A DNA stretch of 64,000 nucleotides from an uncultured Bacteriovoracaceae bacterium (lineage in GTDB: Bacteria; Bdellovibrionota; UBA1018). This document shows positions 29,306-39,599 of the stretch, piece by piece; the stretch's first letter is position 1, and each line of letters begins with the position of its first letter. The DNA lies in contig CAYHPW010000006.1 of the NCBI GenBank assembly GCA_964358645.1, forward strand, positions 3,059-67,058, read 5' to 3'. A program made the position numbers and the translations under genes. Below the pieces are notes generated by a model. It did no database searches. It worked only from the letters and a program-made list of their open reading frames with translations, and was not told where the DNA came from.

Positions 29306-30922
29306 ATGAGGTTGCTATTTATATCCACATTAATCGGCGCAGTTGGCGTATTTTTTACAGGGTGCGCCCATGTTCAACAAACATCTCCACCTGTCGTTGT
29401 TGCGGAAAATGCCGTTGCACAAGAAAATAAGCCATTAATTGGTGAGACACCCCAGGTATTTAAAGCCAGTGACACGAAAGCACTTGAAAAAAACATTGTG
29501 GTAAGGGGGATAAAGCTGAAAGTTAAGGACTTTGATTTTCCCATAACTATAAACTCCAAGGTCGAACAATGGATTGATTATTTTTGTTATGGGTCTGGCC
29601 GTGTTTACTTCAGCAGATATCTGGAAAGGTCTGAGTTTTTTATTCCTTATATTCTCCCTCTTTTAAAACAGAATGGCATGCCTGAGGATCTGGTGTACCT
29701 GGCAATGATCGAAAGCGGTTTTAATAATTTCGCCAGATCGCGTGCAAAGGCTGTGGGGCCATGGCAATTTATTTCAGCTACAGGCAAACGTTATGGCCTT
29801 ATGGTCAATTGGTGGGTTGATGAACGCAGGGATATACATAAATCTACATTGGCCGCAGTGGAGTATCTTAGGGATCTTTACTCAATTTTTCAACGCTGGG
29901 AACTGGCAGCGGCAGCGTATAACGCAGGAGAGGCTAAAGTAGCACGAGCGGTGAGGAGATTTGGGACCAAGGATTTTTGGACGATTTCAAAACACAGATT
30001 CTTACGCCCGGAGACACGTGACTATGTACCAAAGATAATTGCCGCTGCCATTATAGCAAAGAATCGTGAGTTGTTCGGTTTTCCAAACGTGGCTCATAAA
30101 CCCGGTGTGGATGAGGCTGTCGCCGGTGATGGAGAGGTCGTCAAACTTGTGAGGACGGATAAGCCGGAGGAAAAACTTAAAGAAGAATTGGCTGATATTG
30201 AAGGGATTGACGAATTAGAAAAATCTGATGACATACGAGAAGAGCCGGGGAATGCGGGTGCAAAACCAGCCGTGACACTGACGGCCGCTTATGTCGCGGA
30301 ACAGGAGACGCCAGAGACAAAAGCGCAGGGCACCGCTGCTACAAAGCAAGCCAAACCGGTTCCAACACCGCATGTGACGAAGACAGGTGAAGTCGGAGGC
30401 GAGGAATTAGTGGAGTTCGAATTACAAAGCCCGGCTGATTTGCTGAAGATCGCACGCGCGGCCGGTTTGTCATATCTTACGGTGAAAAGCCTGAACCCAG
30501 AACTTATCCGATGGTGCACGCCTCCAATGATGGGGGCATATAAAATAAAATTGCCGGCATCTACGAGGGAAAGATTTATGGAGACATATAATCACGAAGC
30601 TTTTCCCCGCGAAGTGCGATTCATGACTTATAAGGTGCGGCGTGGTGATACATTACAACGTATAGCAGGGCGTTTTGGGATAAAGGTTGATCCTATAGTG
30701 GATCTGAACGGAGTTTCGTCGAGGATGCCTTTGCGCAATGGCATTAATGTTGTTCTTCCAATGCCGAGTGATCGCTCTCGTTCTGTTGCATCACTTGAAA
30801 TCAGGGATCCGCCCGAGCGGCGCAGGTATCGCCGCGGACGTAATAAAGGAACGCGTTCTCATCTAAAGATCAGTTATGAGGAACGCGAAGCCGTCCGTGC
30901 CAAACAGCGCCCCGGCACTTAG
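29306..30922 (+). CDS. Membrane-bound lytic murein transglycosylase (MltD-like: SLT domain + LysM)
   Basis: Signal/lipobox-like N-terminus (LIGAVGVFFTGC). SLT catalytic motif EDLVYLAMIESGFNNFARSRAKAVGPWQF. C-terminal LysM (YKVRRGDTLQRIAGRFGI). Confidence 0.85.
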   Translation: MRLLFISTLIGAVGVFFTGCAHVQQTSPPVVVAENAVAQENKPLIGETPQVFKASDTKALEKNIVVRGIKLKVKDFDFPITINSKVEQWIDYFCYGSGRVYFSRYLERSEFFIPYILPLLKQNGMPEDLVYLAMIESGFNNFARSRAKAVGPWQFISATGKRYGLMVNWWVDERRDIHKSTLAAVEYLRDLYSIFQRWELAAAAYNAGEAKVARAVRRFGTKDFWTISKHRFLRPETRDYVPKIIAAAIIAKNRELFGFPNVAHKPGVDEAVAGDGEVVKLVRTDKPEEKLKEELADIEGIDELEKSDDIREEPGNAGAKPAVTLTAAYVAEQETPETKAQGTAATKQAKPVPTPHVTKTGEVGGEELVEFELQSPADLLKIARAAGLSYLTVKSLNPELIRWCTPPMMGAYKIKLPASTRERFMETYNHEAFPREVRFMTYKVRRGDTLQRIAGRFGIKVDPIVDLNGVSSRMPLRNGINVVLPMPSDRSRSVASLEIRDPPERRRYRRGRNKGTRSHLKISYEEREAVRAKQRPGT

Positions 30923-30935
30923 ACAGGCACTAGAT

Positions 30936-32144
30936 ATGGCTCTTATTGTGCAGAAATTTGGTGGTACTTCCGTAGGGACACCCCAGCGGATCAGTTTGGT
31001 TGCTGATCGGATTGCAAAAGCCCATGGAAAAGGGAACAAACTGGTGGTGGTTGTTTCGGCTATGGGACAGACAACCGACGAACTGATCGAGCTGGCACGT
31101 AAGGTTTCAAGAGCCCCTTCCCAAAGAGAAATGGACATGCTTTTGTCTGTGGGTGAGCGTATATCAATGTCGCTTCTCAGTATGGCATTGATGGACAGAG
31201 GGGTGCGGGCCATTTCGTTCACTGGTTCGCAGACCGGTATCGTGACCAATCAAAGTCATAGCAGGGCTAGAATAAAACATATATTGGGTGATCGGGTTAG
31301 GGAGAGTCTTGCTAAAGGAATGGTAGCTATCGTTGCAGGTTTCCAAGGTGTCAGTGAAGGCAAGGAAATAACCACATTGGGGCGTGGCGGATCGGATACC
31401 ACGGCTGTGGCTCTGGCGGCGGCTTTAAGAGCAGATCTTTGTGAAATATTCACGGATGTTGACGGTATTTTTTCAGCCGACCCTTGTATCGTACCCAGTG
31501 CCAGGTTGTTGAAAAAAATTTCTCATGACGTGATGGTAGAGATGTCGATTCGCGGAGCCGGGGTATTACATCCAAGGAGCGTCGAATTAGCAAAGCAGTA
31601 TTCAGTTCCACTATGTGTTCGAAGCAGTTTAAATGAAAAGGAAGGTACTTCAGTGGTGGCGGCAAAATTAAACAATGATTCAAAAGGAATGGAAGATTTC
31701 AGGGTTACGGGTGTTACATCGGATAAGGATAAGATGCTAATTTCAATTGAGCTTACCAGACCAACAGCTATGGCAGCGGTTTGGCATAAGGCTGCCCAAG
31801 TCAGTTTAAGCGTGGTTGCGCCTTTTTTTTCCAACGGCAATGTCTGTTTTTTTGGTGAAAAAGACGTGGAAGTGGAGTGGCGCAAGGAGCTCGATGATTT
31901 AGCGGTACAAGGTTTTGTAAGAAAGTATCAAATTTTTTCTAAGCTTGTGCCGCTTTCCGTAGTGGGTGACCGGTTTTCCCATGACGGTCTGGCGCTTTAC
32001 CGTGTTTTAGACACATTGGCGGCTAAACAAATCCCTGTGACTGTTGGAACTGCCTCTTCTCTCGCCATTACTGTAGCTGTTTCAGAGGATCATGCGGTAG
32101 ATGGCGTAAAAGCGCTTCATGAAGCATTTGTGGACAGTTCTTAG
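30936..32144 (+). CDS. lysC: Aspartate kinase
   Basis: MALIVQKFGGTSVG N-terminus, the amino-acid kinase fold, and C-terminal ACT domains. The ORF is open from 30876 but overlaps the upstream gene, so Met21 was chosen. Confidence 0.88.
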   Translation: MALIVQKFGGTSVGTPQRISLVADRIAKAHGKGNKLVVVVSAMGQTTDELIELARKVSRAPSQREMDMLLSVGERISMSLLSMALMDRGVRAISFTGSQTGIVTNQSHSRARIKHILGDRVRESLAKGMVAIVAGFQGVSEGKEITTLGRGGSDTTAVALAAALRADLCEIFTDVDGIFSADPCIVPSARLLKKISHDVMVEMSIRGAGVLHPRSVELAKQYSVPLCVRSSLNEKEGTSVVAAKLNNDSKGMEDFRVTGVTSDKDKMLISIELTRPTAMAAVWHKAAQVSLSVVAPFFSNGNVCFFGEKDVEVEWRKELDDLAVQGFVRKYQIFSKLVPLSVVGDRFSHDGLALYRVLDTLAAKQIPVTVGTASSLAITVAVSEDHAVDGVKALHEAFVDSS

Positions 32145-32181
32145 CAGGTTTCGTAGTATGTGAGAGAGAGGTTCTGCACGG

Positions 32182-33309
32182 ATGCTATTGAGAAACGGGT
32201 TTTCTTCTTCTTCCCCAGTCGGTGTAATTGGTGATGGTTGGGCTGCAGCGGCAGCCGTTGGTTTTCTAGCCAAATGCGATGTGCCGGTTCATTGGATATC
32301 AGGAAGCGGCGCTCGTGTAATCACGCCTTTGCCGGTACTTGAGATGGGCTTTGGACTTGGCGGAGCAGCAAAGCTTTGGCAGGAACTGGCGGGATCATGG
32401 GGGATTGATTGCGGCGAGTTGCATATAACTTCGTGTATGCGTGAATATAGGAATAAGGCTTTCAGGGAGCCTGTTTGGAATAAGGGTCCTACGCCGGAGA
32501 TGCGTTTAGAAATACTAGCTGAAAGCATTTGGTCGCCGGAGCAGCGTTTTTGTGCCGTATTTGAGGGCCGTTTTGATCTCTCGCTTTGGGAGATTGAAGA
32601 AATATTGCGAAAAAAAATCCAGGTTAGCAAAGAAACCGCGCCTGTGAAAAATATTAGAGCTAATGGTGATAGCCACATTATTGTTATGGAGTCTGGCAAG
32701 GAGATCAGTGTTGAAAGAGTGATCTATGCGGATCGTTGGTCGGAGATGTCTAAATTTGATGAAATTGAAAAATCAATTTCTTTTGTGAAGCGACAGGCGC
32801 CTGTTGGAATTATACAGACGACGCTTCAGCATGGTGGGCCGATAGGTCTGGGACTACAAGAGGGTTTTTCTATCCAACTTGTCAAGGAACGTGATGAAGA
32901 TTTTGAACGGCGCGCATGGGGATATTTTCTTTCAGATGGGCGAACAAGTGTTTGGAGCGTATGTCTTTCATCCGACGAAGTTGAAGACAATCATGAGATA
33001 GGCAAGAAATTGCGTCGTATGAAAGCGGCGATTGACAAAGCTTTTAAAGGCAGCCCGATGCTGGCTTCCGCAGAATTCATGGATACTGTTGTAAGCGAGC
33101 ATGTACGTTTAAACAGCGAGGCATTTTTTTCTACAGGTAACCCAATGATTGGACCGATAATTTCAAAAAGGGGTAATGGAAAGTTTTATATTCTTTCAGA
33201 CGGATATGGGCCTTCAAGTGCAATAACCCAAGTGGGTGTGTTGCTGGGCCTGATCGAGCCTTATACCAAGGCAGAAGACGTGAATTTTTCCTGCGTTACT
33301 GATCTTTAA
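32182..33309 (+). CDS. Hypothetical protein with N-terminal Rossmann-like GxGxxA motif
   Basis: VGVIGDGWAAAAAVGF dinucleotide-binding-like motif. No further assignment. Confidence 0.45.
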   Translation: MLLRNGFSSSSPVGVIGDGWAAAAAVGFLAKCDVPVHWISGSGARVITPLPVLEMGFGLGGAAKLWQELAGSWGIDCGELHITSCMREYRNKAFREPVWNKGPTPEMRLEILAESIWSPEQRFCAVFEGRFDLSLWEIEEILRKKIQVSKETAPVKNIRANGDSHIIVMESGKEISVERVIYADRWSEMSKFDEIEKSISFVKRQAPVGIIQTTLQHGGPIGLGLQEGFSIQLVKERDEDFERRAWGYFLSDGRTSVWSVCLSSDEVEDNHEIGKKLRRMKAAIDKAFKGSPMLASAEFMDTVVSEHVRLNSEAFFSTGNPMIGPIISKRGNGKFYILSDGYGPSSAITQVGVLLGLIEPYTKAEDVNFSCVTDL

Positions 33310-33957
33310 GACATGTGCCGCCTGTCTTAGCGTATGACCGGTGGTCATAAAATCATCGACAAGAAGTATGTCAGAAATAGGTCTGTCAATTTCTGATGAG
33401 GCGACTGAAAAGTTAAGTTTGTTTTGAATCCTGTCTATCTGTGATAGCTCGGCCTGCCTTTTACCCTGTGTTGTTGATGGGCAGATTTTTAAGGCGGTCA
33501 TTAACGGAATCTTACTTTTCTTGCTAATGGTGTGTGCGATTTTTTCAGCAGGACTGCCTCCTATCGCCCATGAGCGTTTAAATTTTTGTGGCATTGGAAT
33601 AATTGCTTGTATGTTTAGTTTCTGTAATTTTATACAGAATGTATCCAAAACCTTGAGGATTCTCTTGTCTGAAAAAATTCCATGGCGGACTTTCCAGCGC
33701 TTCAAGACTTTATAACCAGGGCCTGCTAGTACATAGCCAGCGTGAAATGAATCTATAAGATCATTTTTGATCCACTGCCGTGAGCAACTTAATTGAGAAG
33801 TGGCAATGCAGGCTGGGCTCGCGCAGTTTTTACAAAGTGGTGGGCAGGGTGTGAGACTATCAATGCAGGCCGTACAATAAGGAAAAGACCGGCTCTCAGA
33901 ACTGTGGTTACAGGCAGGGCAGCGAAAGAGAATGCTTATTAAAAGATTTTGCAGCAC
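33214..33957 (-). CDS. comF: ComF-family protein (phosphoribosyltransferase domain, N-terminal zinc finger)
   Basis: Cys-rich N-terminus (CPACNHS...CTAC...CPPLCKNC) and the PRTase motif ILLVDDFMTTGHTL. Confidence 0.75.
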   Translation of the reverse strand: MLQNLLISILFRCPACNHSSESRSFPYCTACIDSLTPCPPLCKNCASPACIATSQLSCSRQWIKNDLIDSFHAGYVLAGPGYKVLKRWKVRHGIFSDKRILKVLDTFCIKLQKLNIQAIIPMPQKFKRSWAIGGSPAEKIAHTISKKSKIPLMTALKICPSTTQGKRQAELSQIDRIQNKLNFSVASSEIDRPISDILLVDDFMTTGHTLRQAAHVLKISNAGKIHVFCLGIRLDQAQQHTHLGYCT

Positions 33958-33962
33958 ATGCC

Positions 33963-34967
33963 TTAAATAGCCAATATTTGTGCCAGTTCTAGAATCTCAT
34001 TGGGGAGTAATCTTTTCCTACCTATTACGTTCTTGAATGGCACAAGCACGATATGGCCTTTTTGCATACCTACCATGGCATCGCTCTTTCCGGCTAACAG
34101 GTAAGCAACCGCAGAAGCTCCCAGCGCTGATGCTAGCAGCCTGTCATGAGCTGTAGGGGAGCCTCCTCGTTGTGTATGGCCGAGTATGCATACCTTTGAA
34201 GAATATCCGCGTTTGCTAAGGTCATTCGCGATTCGGTATGAAAGACCTGGTTTCGGTCCTTCAGCCACTACAATGATGCTGCTTGATTTGCCGCGTTTTA
34301 TACCGCGGTCAATAGTATTACATACGGCTGATACCGGTTGCTTGATCTCAGGAATAATAACAGTTTCAGCTCCACCAGCGATTCCCACCATTATCGCTAT
34401 GAAGCCTGAACTTCTGCCCATCACTTCAACCAGGAAAATCCTGTCATGTGAACTAGCAGTATCGCGTATTCTGTCAATGGCTTCTACAGCAGTGTTTACG
34501 GCTGTGTCGAATCCGATAGTATCGTCAGTGGCAAATATATCATTGTCAATAGTGCCAGGTACGCCTATCGTTGGAAATCCTGTTTCTTTCTCAAGAAGGC
34601 CCGCGCCAGTGAAGGAGCCGTCCCCGCCTATGACTACCAATCCCTCAATTCCATAACTTATCAGTACTTCTGCGGCACGTTTGCGGGCGGATTTTTTATA
34701 AAATTCCTTACACCTGTCGGTTTTCAGTATCGTGCCGCCTCGCTGGATAACATTGGCTACTGATGATGCCTCAAGCCTCGTTATGTGGCCGTCTAGCAGT
34801 CCTCTGAAGCCTTTCATTACGCCATACATTTTACACCCATGTGCTAGGCCGTAGCGGACGACAGACCTGACAGCTGCATTCATACCAGGCGCGTCGCCAC
34901 CGCTAGTCAGGACGGCAATGGATTGATTACGTTTTTGATTCGATGGTGTCGGTATTTTTAATATCAC
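33963..34967 (-). CDS. pfkA: ATP-dependent 6-phosphofructokinase
   Basis: LTSGGDAPGMNAAVR, the GGDGS motif, and MGRSSGFIA. Confidence 0.9.
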   Translation of the reverse strand: MILKIPTPSNQKRNQSIAVLTSGGDAPGMNAAVRSVVRYGLAHGCKMYGVMKGFRGLLDGHITRLEASSVANVIQRGGTILKTDRCKEFYKKSARKRAAEVLISYGIEGLVVIGGDGSFTGAGLLEKETGFPTIGVPGTIDNDIFATDDTIGFDTAVNTAVEAIDRIRDTASSHDRIFLVEVMGRSSGFIAIMVGIAGGAETVIIPEIKQPVSAVCNTIDRGIKRGKSSSIIVVAEGPKPGLSYRIANDLSKRGYSSKVCILGHTQRGGSPTAHDRLLASALGASAVAYLLAGKSDAMVGMQKGHIVLVPFKNVIGRKRLLPNEILELAQILAI

Positions 34968-36559
34968 AGAAGGTCATCTCCCTCGGTTATCAAGGTTTTT
35001 CCGGTTACACATTCAGGAATTGGTAGATGCATTAGTTGGCATAATGTCGGCATCATGTCCTGAAGACCGCCATTTCGCAGACTTTTGCGGCTGCTCTTTT
35101 GGGAATTTGCCGTGTCTGGTGCTATCCAAATGAGTGGCACTGGGTTTAATGTATGTTGTGTGTGAATCTGGCCATTGCTGACTCGCATTTCTTCAGCATT
35201 TCCATGATCAGCCGTGAGCAGGACGTGATAATCAGCAAGCAGTGCTGCGCCAATAACTTGTGACAAGCACTTATCTATGGCTTCCATAGATTTAACAGCG
35301 GCTTCATAGTTCCCCGTATGTCCCACCATATCAGCGTTGGCAAAATTCACTAGAATGAAGTTGTAGTTTCCCTTGGATATTCTGGCGGACACTTCTGCTG
35401 CCACAGTGAATGCGCTCATTTCAGGCTTCATGTCATAAGTTGGTACATCCTTTGGTGAAGAGATTAGTAATCTGTCTTCGCCTTTAAATGGTGTTTCCCT
35501 GCCGCAGTTGAAGAAGAAAGTGACGTGTGCGTATTTTTCTGTTTCAGCTATCCTGAATTGTGTTGCGTTATGCTTTTCAAGCCATTCGCCAAATATATTG
35601 TCAATATTTTGAGGGCCAAAAGCCACTTCAACATCTTTAAGTGAGTTATCATATTTGGTCATGCATGCAAAAGCTGATGGCTTGAATCCGCGGACTCGGT
35701 CGAATTCGACAAAATCAGCTGCAGTCAAGGCTTTAGTGATTTCCCGGGCTCGGTCAGCTCGGAAATTATAAAATATCACAGAATCACCGTCGTGCATTGT
35801 GCTTTCTTGATCAATGATGAGCGGTTCAACAAATTCATCGGTTTTGCCGTTTTCGTGGGATTTTCTTACGGCGTTCACAGCGGAACTAAAATTGGTGTTG
35901 TCGGAATATGCAGATGCCTGGCCCGTTAGCGCGGAATATGCCTTAGTAACACGTTCCCATCGCTTGTCGCGGTCCATTGCCCAAAAGCGGCCGCTGACGG
36001 TGGCTATTGATACAGTTGTTGATGCCTTATCTTTTTTGTGGAACAGGGGATGATTAAATAATTTTTCAAGATATGAAAAAGATGCATTGGGAGGAGTATC
36101 ACGGCCATCAAGAAAAGCATGAATACATACCTTCGGTACACTTAGTGAAGCGCACATATCAATCAGCGCAAGCAGATGATCGATGTGGCTATGTACGCCG
36201 CCATCTGACAGCAGACCCATCAGGTGTACGCGGCCAGTTTTTTTGGAACCTGATTTTATTGTTTCAATGAGGACCTGATTTGAAAAAAATGATCTATCCG
36301 CGATGGCATTAGAAATCCTAGTTAGGTCCTGGTAGATGATCCTGCCTGATCCTATAGTCATGTGGCCGACTTCTGAATTCCCCATGACTCCTTCAGGCAA
36401 ACCGACGGCGCGTCCATGTGTTACAAGTTGCGAGCGCGGATATTTACTGGCGATTTCACGGTAAAACGGCATTTTTGCATTATTTATAGCGTTAAACGGC
36501 GAATCTTTTCCAATGCCGAAGCCATCAAGAATGATTAGCAAAGTTTTTGCGGTTGCCAT
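34964..36559 (-). CDS. gpmI: 2,3-bisphosphoglycerate-independent phosphoglycerate mutase
   Basis: N-terminus LLIILDGFG and the alkaline-phosphatase-like core. Length 531 aa. Confidence 0.9.
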   Translation of the reverse strand: MATAKTLLIILDGFGIGKDSPFNAINNAKMPFYREIASKYPRSQLVTHGRAVGLPEGVMGNSEVGHMTIGSGRIIYQDLTRISNAIADRSFFSNQVLIETIKSGSKKTGRVHLMGLLSDGGVHSHIDHLLALIDMCASLSVPKVCIHAFLDGRDTPPNASFSYLEKLFNHPLFHKKDKASTTVSIATVSGRFWAMDRDKRWERVTKAYSALTGQASAYSDNTNFSSAVNAVRKSHENGKTDEFVEPLIIDQESTMHDGDSVIFYNFRADRAREITKALTAADFVEFDRVRGFKPSAFACMTKYDNSLKDVEVAFGPQNIDNIFGEWLEKHNATQFRIAETEKYAHVTFFFNCGRETPFKGEDRLLISSPKDVPTYDMKPEMSAFTVAAEVSARISKGNYNFILVNFANADMVGHTGNYEAAVKSMEAIDKCLSQVIGAALLADYHVLLTADHGNAEEMRVSNGQIHTQHTLNPVPLIWIAPDTANSQKSSRKSLRNGGLQDMMPTLCQLMHLPIPECVTGKTLITEGDDLL

Positions 36560-36619
36560 CAGAGTGTTTAAGTAACCTACATTTCAGAAGATTATCAGGA
36601 CTGCAAGGATTTTACTTTT

Positions 36620-37057
36620 TTAATTCAGTCTGCTCGCGGCTACGCCATAAAACTCAGATGGGATACTGATTTTTGGAGCGTCAGCCCATAAGGTTTCCAG
36701 ATCGTAGTATTCTCTGAGCGCGTCAAGAAAAACATGTACAACTACGTCACCGAAATCAATCAGAACCCATCTTCCATCGGTGTATCCTTCGGTGGATAAG
36801 GCATTATAGCCGACGGACTCCATGGCTTTTTCTACCGAATCCGCTATGGCCTTTACCTGTCTGTCAGAAGTGCCACTGCAGATCACAAAATAATCAGTGA
36901 AAGCTGACAGCTCACTTAGATCAAGCACCTTAAGGTTCTCCGCTTTTTTATCTATGGCCGCCCGTGCACAGCCTAAGGCTTTAGCCAGCGAAATTTCTTC
37001 CTCGGTGCTAAATCCGGCTTTTCCTGCGTTTGGCGATGAGATCTGATTAGTGTTCAT
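36620..37057 (-). CDS. rsfS: Ribosome silencing factor RsfS (Iojap)
   Basis: DYFVICSGTSDRQVKAIADSV...WVLIDFGDVVVHVF. Confidence 0.8.
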   Translation of the reverse strand: MNTNQISSPNAGKAGFSTEEEISLAKALGCARAAIDKKAENLKVLDLSELSAFTDYFVICSGTSDRQVKAIADSVEKAMESVGYNALSTEGYTDGRWVLIDFGDVVVHVFLDALREYYDLETLWADAPKISIPSEFYGVAASRLN

Positions 37058-37072
37058 CCAACTCTCCTAGTA

Positions 37073-37759
37073 TCAGTTGCTACCATACAGTTTGTGTGCC
37101 TTCAAATATGTCCATGTGCCATTGGTGAGCCAACCGGGGGGTGGAGATCCGGTTTGGGCGATGTGTTCACGGGTTTTTGTCGAAGAAACCGAAGGAGCAT
37201 TGGTTTCCACCAGGGAAATGAATTTTTGTTGCGATTTAAGCCGCCAGATATTTGTAGCATATCTTTCGACAAGCCCGGTTGTATTCCAGTTGTTAAGCAG
37301 TTTAAGTACTTCGGGTTGACCACCTGGCTGGCGCACAAGCACGACCCAGTTCGCTAGATTAAGGATTTCCGGAAATCTGTACCAACTGGGTAGTTTCTCA
37401 AATTGATCCGTACCTATGGCGAATACGAGTTTATCTATTTCTGCGGACAGCTCGCAAAGCGTATCGTATGTGTAAGACGGACGCGAAGGATGTTTTAAAG
37501 CTCGTTCAACTTCGCGTGAATCCACAAAAACACCGGTTTCATTTTGAAAAGTGATTTTTGTCATTTCAAGCCGGTCTTGTACCGATGCCATGGTTGGTTT
37601 GTGAGGCGGAGCGGGTGATGGAATTACGATTACGCTTTTGATGCCTGGATTTAAAAAAACCCCCCTTACTGCTTCCAGATGCCCTATGTGAGGAGGATCG
37701 AATGTTCCGCCAAAAACCGCGGTCATTTCAGTCCAGATAGGTGGTGGGTGCCTGGTCAC
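37073..37759 (-). CDS. nadD: Nicotinate-nucleotide adenylyltransferase
   Basis: GGTFDPPHIGHL (H/T)xGH motif. Confidence 0.85.
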   Translation of the reverse strand: MTRHPPPIWTEMTAVFGGTFDPPHIGHLEAVRGVFLNPGIKSVIVIPSPAPPHKPTMASVQDRLEMTKITFQNETGVFVDSREVERALKHPSRPSYTYDTLCELSAEIDKLVFAIGTDQFEKLPSWYRFPEILNLANWVVLVRQPGGQPEVLKLLNNWNTTGLVERYATNIWRLKSQQKFISLVETNAPSVSSTKTREHIAQTGSPPPGWLTNGTWTYLKAHKLYGSN

Positions 37760-38778
37760 GCGGTTTCCCTGTGTTTAAGCAATCTGACCGCACAGGCGAG
37801 CATGTCACTTATGCCTTCCCCTGAAACGCCTGAGATGAGGAAGGTATTCGGAATTTTCCGCCTGAATTTTTTTATTATTTTTTTTGCGGTATCGGGTTGG
37901 AGGACGTCGGTTTTGTTTATGGCGACCACTTCGGGTTTGTTTAGAAGTCCTTTATCGAACATTTCAAGCTCGTGTCTTATAGTGTTGTATTTCTTAAAAA
38001 GAGTTTCTGCTCCTGCCGCGTCTTCCAAGATTGCAGCCCCATCCAATAAATGAATAAGAACATTTGTTCTCTCAATATGTTTTAAGAATTTGTGTCCCAG
38101 TCCCGCGCCTTTGTGGGCACCTTCTATCAATCCAGGAACGTCGGCTATGACAAAGGCGTCATAGTCTTGAATTTTAACAACACCCAGATTTGGCGTAAGG
38201 GTGGTGAAGGGGTAGTCTGCGATTTTAGGCCTTGCAGCGCTTAATCTTGATATCAGCGTGGATTTTCCAGCATTAGGTAAACCTATTATTCCTATATCCG
38301 CGAGCAGCTTAAGCTCGAGTATAAGCTCTTTGGCTTCGCCATCCTCACCAGGCTGCGCGAATTTCGGCGTTTGAAAAGTTGATGTGGCAAAGTGCGCGTT
38401 TCCTTTTCCACCGCGTCCTCCGCGGCATGCGACCCAGCTTTGCTTGTCCTTGGCCATGTCTATAAGAACCTCTCCGGTGGTCGTATCGCGGATTACCGTC
38501 CCAAGTGGCACTCGTATTTCTATATCTTCTCCGTCCCGGCCTGCTTTGTTAGCGCCTGAACCAGGTCGGCCATTTTTTGCCTGATAAACGCGCTTATAGC
38601 GAAAATCCTGGAGTGTCCCTAGTTGGGATGAAGCCCATACAATGATATTTCCACCATCACCGCCATCGCCACCATCTGGCCCGCCACGTGGAACGAACGC
38701 TTCCCTGCGAAAACTTACACACCCTCGCCCGCCATGACCTGCCGCAATTCTAATTTTGGCTTCATCTATAAAACGCAT
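37756..38778 (-). CDS. obg: GTPase Obg/CgtA
   Basis: Obg-fold N-terminus with a glycine-rich region (GGPDGGDGGDGG), then a GTPase domain (GLPNAGKST). Confidence 0.92.
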   Translation of the reverse strand: MRFIDEAKIRIAAGHGGRGCVSFRREAFVPRGGPDGGDGGDGGNIIVWASSQLGTLQDFRYKRVYQAKNGRPGSGANKAGRDGEDIEIRVPLGTVIRDTTTGEVLIDMAKDKQSWVACRGGRGGKGNAHFATSTFQTPKFAQPGEDGEAKELILELKLLADIGIIGLPNAGKSTLISRLSAARPKIADYPFTTLTPNLGVVKIQDYDAFVIADVPGLIEGAHKGAGLGHKFLKHIERTNVLIHLLDGAAILEDAAGAETLFKKYNTIRHELEMFDKGLLNKPEVVAINKTDVLQPDTAKKIIKKFRRKIPNTFLISGVSGEGISDMLACAVRLLKHRETA

Positions 38779-38857
38779 TGTTAAAACCTTCTCGAGGAAT
38801 CTATATCTTTCTTATGCGCATAGTCAAGAAGGCTTGTGAAATGTGCGGTTAAAACAA

Positions 38858-39127
38858 TTATGCTGCTGGATTCTCTACTGGGTAGACAGACACTTGCTTG
38901 CGTTTGCGATCAAATCTTTCGAACGTAACGATGCCATCTATAAGCGAGTACAGCGTAAAATCACGGCCAAGGCCGACATTGCGGCCGGCATGAAACTTAG
39001 TGCCCACCTGACGTATCAGGATTTCCCCAGCATTAACTGTTTGGCCACCAAAGCGCTTTACACCACGCATTTTTGGGTTGCTATCACGGCCGTTTCTAGA
39101 GCTCCCACCGGCTTTTTTATGCGCCAT
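38858..39127 (-). CDS. rpmA: 50S ribosomal protein L27
   Basis: [19 protein letters not shown]... Confidence 0.95.
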   Translation of the reverse strand: MAHKKAGGSSRNGRDSNPKMRGVKRFGGQTVNAGEILIRQVGTKFHAGRNVGLGRDFTLYSLIDGIVTFERFDRKRKQVSVYPVENPAA

Positions 39128-39136
39128 ATTACTTCC

Positions 39137-39565
39137 TTAGTTTTTTGTCACAGACATTGCTGGTTTCTGTTTTAAGCTGCTTTGAAACCTGCTCAGCCTG
39201 GTTTTCCTATCGTCAGCTGATAGAGTAACCTTTTCACCGGTGCCGTTGTCAATACCAGTTATAAGCAATTGTGAGTGAGGTTGTCTGTGGCCCTTCGTGC
39301 GACGGTATTGTTTGCGCCGTTTCATTTTAACTATTAAGATTTTTTTCCCGCGGCCGTCCCCAACTACTTCGGCACTGACAGAGGCCTGCATCACGTTGGG
39401 TTTACCGAGCCATATTTGTGAGTTTTCACCGTCCTGCTTGCCTAGTAACAGCACGTTTTCAAAGTTAACCGCCTGTCCCATTTCAGTAGATATTTTTTCA
39501 ACCTGAATTATTTCTCCAAGTTGAACCCGATATTGTTTACCGCCTGTTTCAATTACTGCATACAT
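39137..39565 (-). CDS. rplU: 50S ribosomal protein L21 (with C-terminal basic extension)
   Basis: [15 protein letters not shown]... The upstream Met (39583) is also possible. Confidence 0.9.
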   Translation of the reverse strand: MYAVIETGGKQYRVQLGEIIQVEKISTEMGQAVNFENVLLLGKQDGENSQIWLGKPNVMQASVSAEVVGDGRGKKILIVKMKRRKQYRRTKGHRQPHSQLLITGIDNGTGEKVTLSADDRKTRLSRFQSSLKQKPAMSVTKN

Positions 39566-39599
39566 AGGCGCCAAAATTTGCACTAAAGGTGGGCGACTG

